This document shows, in pieces, positions 57,333-64,000 of a DNA stretch of 64,000 nt. How positions within the stretch are numbered: the first letter of the stretch is position 1; every line of letters begins with the position of its first letter. A model generated the notes under the pieces. It had not been told where the DNA came from and ran no database searches. It was given only the letters and a program-made list of their open reading frames with translations. Both the position numbers and the translations under genes were made by a program. This stretch comes from Histomonas meleagridis 2922-C6/04-290x (lineage: Eukaryota > Protista > Parabasalia). The stretch spans positions 248,001-312,000 of the forward strand of contig JAANOX010000243.1 in assembly GCA_020184695.1 (NCBI GenBank), read 5' to 3'.

Positions 57333-58259
57333 TTAATTTTCCTTTTTGATAGAAGCGATTTCGTTGCAAGCATTGATCATTTGATTTTTCCACATTAACT
57401 CGCCAAGTTGCGTTGCATACTTCGAAAGCAAGTCATTGAAGTCGTCTTCGAGTTTCTTGCCTTCCTCCATCAGATTTTCCTTCTTTAGCTTTAATGCTTC
57501 AAGATGTGTATTGTAATCAAATATTACCCGATTGAGCATTTCTCGGTTGGACAAAACAGCTTCGAGCCTCAAGCTTGCGTCCTCATACCTAAAGACTAAG
57601 CTAGAAAGTCTGTTACGTTGAAATTCAATATCATCAAATTTCAAATCACCATCATAAACTGTTTGTTGGAGTGTAAGGCATGGTTCACTATAACCATCTG
57701 ACCTGGCAGTAAGCATTTCTTGCTCAATTCGTTGAGGTTGCTCTGACATTTGTTTAAATTTTAACCCTTCGCGAAGAATTGCATCGGATATTTTCCGAAT
57801 TTGTGAAATAGATGGAGGATCATCGTCAGTGTCTTTCTCATTCTTTGCGTTTCGAAGAATTTCTAAGCTTTGATATATGCTTTTTTCTTGTTCATCAAAC
57901 TTTTGATTAACATTAACAATATGAGATTCTTCCCTTTTTATTGCAGTTTGTATTTCTGATTTTTCTTCAATTAAAGAAGCAAGAGTTGCTTTATGGGTTT
58001 TTGAAACTCTTTGAAAATGATTAAGAGTGTCTTGGTTTTGTTGAAGTTGCCGTTCAAAAAAGTATGATACTGGCTTAAAAGGTTTTCTATTTCTTCTTTC
58101 AGATCCTAATGCTGAATTATCAAAGCTTAAGCTTGAATTTGATGGTCTGGAAGCAGTTGAAAATGAAGATTGACTTAACTCGAAGCTAGGCTTTGTGCCT
58201 GAAGCTGATTTTAATAGTGGTAGCCCTGAAGAAGATGAAGAAGAATCATAAAGTTGCAT
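57333..58259 (-). CDS. Ser-rich, coiled-coil hypothetical protein
   Basis: 308-aa ORF with heptad pattern. The frame may start slightly further upstream. Confidence 0.7.
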   Translation of the reverse strand: MQLYDSSSSSSGLPLLKSASGTKPSFELSQSSFSTASRPSNSSLSFDNSALGSERRNRKPFKPVSYFFERQLQQNQDTLNHFQRVSKTHKATLASLIEEKSEIQTAIKREESHIVNVNQKFDEQEKSIYQSLEILRNAKNEKDTDDDPPSISQIRKISDAILREGLKFKQMSEQPQRIEQEMLTARSDGYSEPCLTLQQTVYDGDLKFDDIEFQRNRLSSLVFRYEDASLRLEAVLSNREMLNRVIFDYNTHLEALKLKKENLMEEGKKLEDDFNDLLSKYATQLGELMWKNQMINACNEIASIKKEN

Positions 58260-58351
58260 CCAGAACTTCTGCCATTTTTTTTGAATAAAAAATTTTATGT
58301 CTTACAACTTTTTCAATATAATGAACGTTTTAATTTTTCGATCTTCGGCGC

Positions 58352-58771
58352 ATGAATTTATTGGATGATTTGACTGATTCTGCACAGGAGGAAATTGTGC
58401 GAGAAATCCAAAAAATTGTAAAAGAAAAGGGAATTAAGGAAAAAATTCTGGAAGAAGCTCAATCTCTTGCGCAACAAGAAGCAATGCACATTATTAATCC
58501 TCAAATACCTGAGCCTCAAGCATTTGAAGGAATAGAATTAAATGATGATAAAAGAGATGAATTTTTACTTATTTTAGAATATTTGGAATCAATTGGATTA
58601 AAATTTACACCATCAGTTTTGAAGTATGAAAGTCAAAATCCTGATATACAATGTGATCGAGAAGGTTTATGTAAGAAATATGGATTACGCTTTGAAGATA
58701 AAACACCACTTCTTGTGCAATTAATAGAAGAAAAATTAAGTGAATCTAACGAAAAAATTAATTCGTCATAA
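58352..58771 (+). CDS. LisH/FOP-dimer-like small protein
   Basis: LLILEYLESIGLKFTPSVLKYES fits a LisH-like motif. Confidence 0.75.
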   Translation: MNLLDDLTDSAQEEIVREIQKIVKEKGIKEKILEEAQSLAQQEAMHIINPQIPEPQAFEGIELNDDKRDEFLLILEYLESIGLKFTPSVLKYESQNPDIQCDREGLCKKYGLRFEDKTPLLVQLIEEKLSESNEKINSS

Positions 58772-61498
58772 AAATGACTATCCTGTTTCACTAAATGTTA
58801 GTTCTGATAAAACTTTTGTTTGAATAAAAACTTATATTTTTGAAGGAACGAATTGTACTTCTCTTTTTATTTTTTATGTTGCAATTTATAATGCTATGCT
58901 CACTAGAAAACATCGTTTTTTCATTATGTTTTATATTATAATACATATTAATCTTTTAATGGAAAAATTATTAATTTCCTTATAATAGATAATAACACAT
59001 ATTTTTATATTCCCTATATGTTTTACATCTCTTATTTTAGTAATTTATATTATTTATTCACAGAACATGAGATATTTGCATTTTATTTTTGGTCTTTAAT
59101 TGGTTAAAGTTTACCCCTCAATTTTTCTATGCAAATAAACGTTTATCCAATTCAAAATTCTTTTTGTCGAAACAAAGTTAGATAAAATGAAACAGAAGAA
59201 AAACAAAAGAGAATAGTGACGAAAACTTAGAAATATTACAATCTGTTGAACAAATCATTTTTGATTTAAATGAAGAAAATATTAATGAATCTGTAGATTC
59301 TTTCATGAAAACTTATTTTTCCAAAGAATATCCATATTCATCTAATTTAGCAGTTTGCCAATTTTTGTATTCATATTTTGTATCAACGGATAATTATAAT
59401 TTATGTATTGAATTTTTAAGAATGGTTCAAACAAAAGAAAGAGAAATTATTAATAATTCAAAAAATAAATCAATTCTTGATATTTTTGTGGATTTTCTTA
59501 TTATTTATAATAAAACTCAAGAAGCAAACTTTCTTCTTGAGAAAATGCTTGAAAAAGAAATGATTTGTTCAGATAAACTCAGATTCAAAGAATTACCATA
59601 TTTTGTATACTTAAGTGATGGAAATGATTTAGATAAAAAAAACTTTGGGAATTATGTATCAAAAAATTATGAAGAACTCACAGCAAATAATTGGGAACTT
59701 CATAAGAAGTTAATTAAAGAAGGAGTTAATCCAAATGAAATTGCGAAAATAATTCGAAATGATGAAATCGAAAGACTTCAAGAAATATCATCACACGAAA
59801 ATTATGATTTTAATCAAAAAATTAAGCCATCACTTTATGAAAGATGTTCATTTATTAACAAAAAAAAAGTTGCATTAATTGATTATGCAGCTTTTTTGGG
59901 TCAATTAAATGTTTTAGATATTTATTATTAAACAATTGTAAAACAGAAAACACAGGTAAATATGCAGTTGCAGGTGGAAACTTAGAAGTAATTCATTTAT
60001 GTGAACAAAATCATTTAAGTTTTGAAGATTCATGTAACTCATTAATTATGTTTCATCGAAATGATATTTTTAATTATCTTTATGAAAATAAGTTAATTAC
60101 CATTAATAGTTTAATAAAATTAGGGAAAAAATGTATTTCTAATTATAATTATGAAATTTTCTCATTTTTAGAAAATGAAGGAATGGAAATTGATAAATCA
60201 ATGATTTTTAAAGCTGTTCAAATGGGTAATTTATTTATTGTGAAACATTTACTTCAAAAAATGCCTATTAAAATCCATGTTCATGAGATTTTAACTTTTT
60301 CGGGAAATGAAGAAGTTTTTAATTACCTTAGAGATAACAGATTTATTAAATTTAAGTATAAAATAGGTTTAAAATTTTTATTTATAATTGTATTGTATAT
60401 TTGGAATTTCTTCAAAATGTTTTATTCAGCACTATATGAAGCAGCTGGTCGTGGATATATTGACTTAGTAAAAATAATTCTTGAACATAAAGGAATTCAT
60501 ATTGCTCAAACGAAAATATATTTTAATGTTTTGATATATTTATTAAAAAGTCAAAATTTGAATTTAATTTTTATTGATGCCCTTTTCTTTGCAGTTTGTA
60601 GTGGTCAATTAGACGTAGTAAAGTTATTTTTTGAAAGAAAAAATATCAATATCAAAACAAAAGATATTTCTTTGATAAAATTTATATTTTAAAGTAATAT
60701 TTGGAAATTATTTTATGTGTTTAGAACAATATTTTCATGTGCAGCTCAATCAGGTAATGCTAATTTAGTGAAATATCTTCTTGAAAATGAAGAAATTGAT
60801 ATCAATGAGAATTGTATTTATTTATTTCATTTAAAATATATTTTAATAATTTGGAAACTTTTTAAATTGTTTTTAACAGCACTTATGAGAGCAGCTAAAG
60901 AAGGATGCATTCAAATAGTTAAAATACTTCTTGAACAAGAAAAAATTGATGTTAATGCTTATTGTATATATTATTTTGGTTTGATATTTGTTTTAATAAT
61001 TTCTTATTATAAAATATTATTTGGGAATTGTATAAATTAATTAATACAGCTCTTATGTTTGCTGTTGAAAAAGGGAATACAGAAGTAGTTAAAGTACTCC
61101 TTGAAAATATAAAAACCGATGTGAATTTTAAAGATTATATTTGTTTTGATATCTTAAAATTTTAAAATAACATTTAGAAGTTATATGAAATATTTAGAAC
61201 TGCACTTATTTTGGCTGTTGAAAAGAAACAATATAAAATAATTAATTTACTTCTTGAGAGAAAAGATATTGATATAAATTCCAAAGATAAAATTTGTTTA
61301 AATAATTTCATATTTTGAAAGAATAATTGGGAATTATTTAAATCATTTGATACAGCACTTATGCATGCATGTAAAATACCTTATATTGAAATGATGAAAT
61401 TACTTCTTGAACAAAAAGGAATTGATGTTAATGCTAAAGATATTTGCTTGTTTTATATAATATTTGTTTTAATGATTTTTAAATATGTCAAAATAATA

Positions 61499-62777
61499 TA
61501 GGGGGTGGAAAAAGTGCGTTCGTCAGCCTTTTTTTTAATGAATAAAAAAGTAAAAGAAATTTTGTTTATTTATCATGATATGTATTCACCTTGAGTTTCA
61601 ATTGTAATTAAATGTCTGTTCATCCATTCATTATATACGGCTCTGAAGGTGTATTTAGGAATATTATACAGTAATGTTTCAACCTTTTGAAAAAGTTGAT
61701 CTTCATTTTCAAACTCCTCACCTTCGAGCATTTTTTTTAGATATCCGGACAGAAAAAAGTCAGAAGGTGCGAGGTCTGGCGAAAGCGGGGGTTGCGGAAG
61801 TCTTTCAATCCCCAATTCATTCAATTTTTCATGAACCAAATGAGGCCGGGCGTTATCCATATGCAAAAAATATCCCTTCGTTGAAATTCTTTTTGCCAAA
61901 TCTCCAACTTCAGAAAAAAAATTCGATTAAATTTTTGGCCTATCGGGAGCATTGTTATTGACTCGATATTCGTTATAGACCATATAACACATATCATTAC
62001 TTTTTTGGAGGCAATAGTTTGTATGCGTTTGTATGGTTTTTGCACTCCAGATTCAATCCACATCGAGTTTCTCCCGTTAACAAAATAAATCCAGGTTTCA
62101 TTTTGCGTCAATATGTGTCTTAGTCTGTAGTCATTTGAACTAAATAGGAATTCAAATAATTCAGAAGCAATGGCAGCTCTTTTGGCTTTGATTTCTGGAG
62201 TCAACTTATGTGGGATCCATTTGAAGTTAACTTTTTTCATCCCTAAAATATTAATAATTATATTTTTCACTGTTTTTGGACCTGCGCCTACATTCTTCGC
62301 AACATTCTTCGTCGATGCATATGGATAACTTAATATAAAACTGGTTATTCTTTGATCTAAATCTGATCTTCTTGGTCTCCCTGTTTTTTTCTGTTCGAAA
62401 ATTGAGAAGGTATGTTCATTCATCTTTTTTGTCCATTTCTGAACTGTTCGAAGTGTAATAATATTATCACCATATACAGCACATAATCGCCTATATATGT
62501 CTTGATTTTCATTTGATTCTAACCAAAGGAAATACACAACAGAACGTAATTCCTCGATTGGAACTGACATTAAAATGATTAAACGTTCTCTCTCAGAGGT
62601 ATCCTGAAAAAAAGTAGTTTCACTTCATCCATCATATTTACTTGGAAAAAAGTATTATAATAATAATGATAATATATTTATTATAAATTTTATTTATATA
62701 ATTTGATTCCATTAATATCTAATATAAATCAAAAAAAAAAAAAAAAAAGCTGACGAACGGACTTTTTCCACCCCCTA
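61499..62777 (-). mobile_element. Full-length mariner-like element (1279 bp)
   Basis: TIRs TAGGGGGTGGAAAAAGT(G/C)CGTTCGTCAGC, with TA duplication at 61497-98 and 62778-79. Confidence 0.95.
61573..62570 (-). pseudogene. Mariner transposase, one frameshift in a T-run, first catalytic Asp changed to Asn
   Basis: HTH region, WIPHKL, ILTQNETW (normally TGDETW), MDNARPH, SPDLAPSDF. Confidence 0.92.
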
Positions 62778-63686
62778 TATTTGGAAATTATTTATACTAT
62801 TTAATACAGCATTTATGATAGCATGTGAATGTAATCAAATAGAAATAGCTGGATTACTTACTGAACAAGAAGGATTTGATATTAATGATAAGAATATTTA
62901 TGAGTTTTGTTTAAAATTTGTTCAAGAAATTTGATATTTCTAAAAAAAAATTGGAAATTATTTAAATTATTTGATACAGCACTCATTATTTTAGTATCTA
63001 AAAAAGGTGTCATAGAAATGGTCGAATTTCTTCTTGAACAAAAAGGAATTGATATAAATGCCAAAAACATTTATTTGTTTTACTTAATATTCAAAAATGG
63101 TTTTTAGAATTTATATAAATCATTTAATTCTACACTTACTTATGCTGCTCGAAATGATTATACAAAAATAATTTGAAAGCTTCTTTCAAAAGATGGACTT
63201 GACATTAACTTTCAAGATATATATTTGCTCTGTTTCGGGCTGAAATTCATTTTTTACATATAGAAATTAATTGAATTATTTAATACAGGACTTTTATATG
63301 CAGCTAAAAATGGTAACATGGAAATTGTTAAATTACTTCTTGAGTATAAAGGAATTGATGTTAATATTAAAAACATTTAATCTTTTTATTGGATATTTAT
63401 TTTAATGATTAAAAATTCTAAAATAATATTTGGAAATGATTTAAATTATTTTGGACTGCATGTGAATATGCAGTTAATAATGAACACGCAGATATAGTTG
63501 AATTACTTAAAAACTATTAAATTGATTTAATTATATGATTTAATAAAAAATTTTATTAAAAAATTAAAATATTTTGAAATTAAATACAGACCTTTGGTAT
63601 AAGGATGATGTTTTACATTTACAATTTTTTGTCAAGCATGTTTTGTATCGTTCCGCGTAAATATTTGAAAAAGTTGTACAAAAAAA

Positions 63687-64000
63687 ATGGACAATTCTTT
63701 TTCAGAATCTAACGAATGGTTCACAAGGCTTTTCGGGTTTGAAGAAGTACCTAACCAGGTTGCCTCACATTTCTCATTGTCAAAAGATAGAAATGGAGAC
63801 ATTATGATTACTTCAAAAGACAATGGAAAATCTTATTCTGTAGGTAATTTCCAGATACGTGATTTAAAATCTTTTAAAGATTTACAGGAAATTGGAGGCG
63901 GTACACTCAATCTTCTTGTTGGCAATGGGTCTCAAACTGTAGATGCTGATATCATCACTTGCGAAACAAATCCAGAGAACAATGGAGCTACGTTTCAAAT
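63687..64000 (+). CDS. 5' part of an uncharacterised protein with WFxRLFGFxE and NGATFQ motifs (runs off the window)
   Basis: ATG 63687, open to the end: MDNSFSESNEWFTRLFGFEE...NNGATFQ. Confidence 0.75.
   Translation, partial: MDNSFSESNEWFTRLFGFEEVPNQVASHFSLSKDRNGDIMITSKDNGKSYSVGNFQIRDLKSFKDLQEIGGGTLNLLVGNGSQTVDADIITCETNPENNGATFQ

Larger units (their letters stand above)
59187..63520 (+). pseudogene. DUF3447-type ankyrin gene with 40 17-nt units, disrupted by a mariner insertion
   Basis: 12 interrupted junctions at 60363-63454, ends TAA 63518-20. Homopolymer frameshifts near 59200 and 59895, one in-block TGA near 63174, mariner at 61499-62777. Confidence 0.85.

Noticed and set aside
7930-61920. 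Frameshifts in A/T runs (7935, 8385, 10270, 22855, 23665, 59200, 59895, 61915) as programmed frameshifting
   Set aside because: They fall in unrelated genes and are typical of long-read homopolymer errors or neutral decay. Raw reads are needed, and some genes called pseudogenes may be intact.
60363-63454. Spacers as translated 20-aa hydrophobic inserts, or as evidence of stop-codon reassignment
   Set aside because: Lengths of 80, 83, 46 and 40 shift the frame, stops are confined to the units, and other genes end normally at TAA/TGA.
3721-63823. Numerous 60-130 aa ORFs antisense to or overlapping recognised genes
   Set aside because: Shadow ORFs with no independent motifs, many starting at TTG/GTG.

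Overview
AT-rich eukaryotic genomic DNA, most likely a parabasalid (trichomonad, Tritrichomonas-like). This is inferred from the gene content (BspA, DUF3447-type ankyrin genes, KilA-N, ROK fructokinase, GDA1/CD39 apyrase), not proven. About 1-22 kb is a nest of mobile DNA. It holds a decayed Polinton-like/Maverick-like endogenous virus (divergent PolB, SF3 D5-like helicase, truncated rve integrase, KilA-N, candidate capsid, membrane-lytic and fibre genes) plus a second inverted partial copy. It also holds pogo, Mutator, Merlin and mariner transposons and a MITE. About 22-64 kb is mostly host genes and one tRNA-Ala(AGC). The main finding is in two ankyrin-repeat genes (27.3-30.6 kb minus, 59.2-63.5 kb plus). 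At all 24 interrupted repeat junctions, the beta-hairpin codons are separated from one another by 17-nt, non-GT-AG, AT-rich units. Deleting the units by hand restores textbook hairpins (KD-NYGM-TPL, KD-KHGD-TAL, KN-KDGD-TAL) and turns the minus-strand gene into one uninterrupted 867-aa ORF. This suggests an undescribed RNA- or DNA-level processing system with single-codon micro-exons. Several frameshifts sit in homopolymer runs and may be assembly errors. All counts were made by hand, with no database searches.
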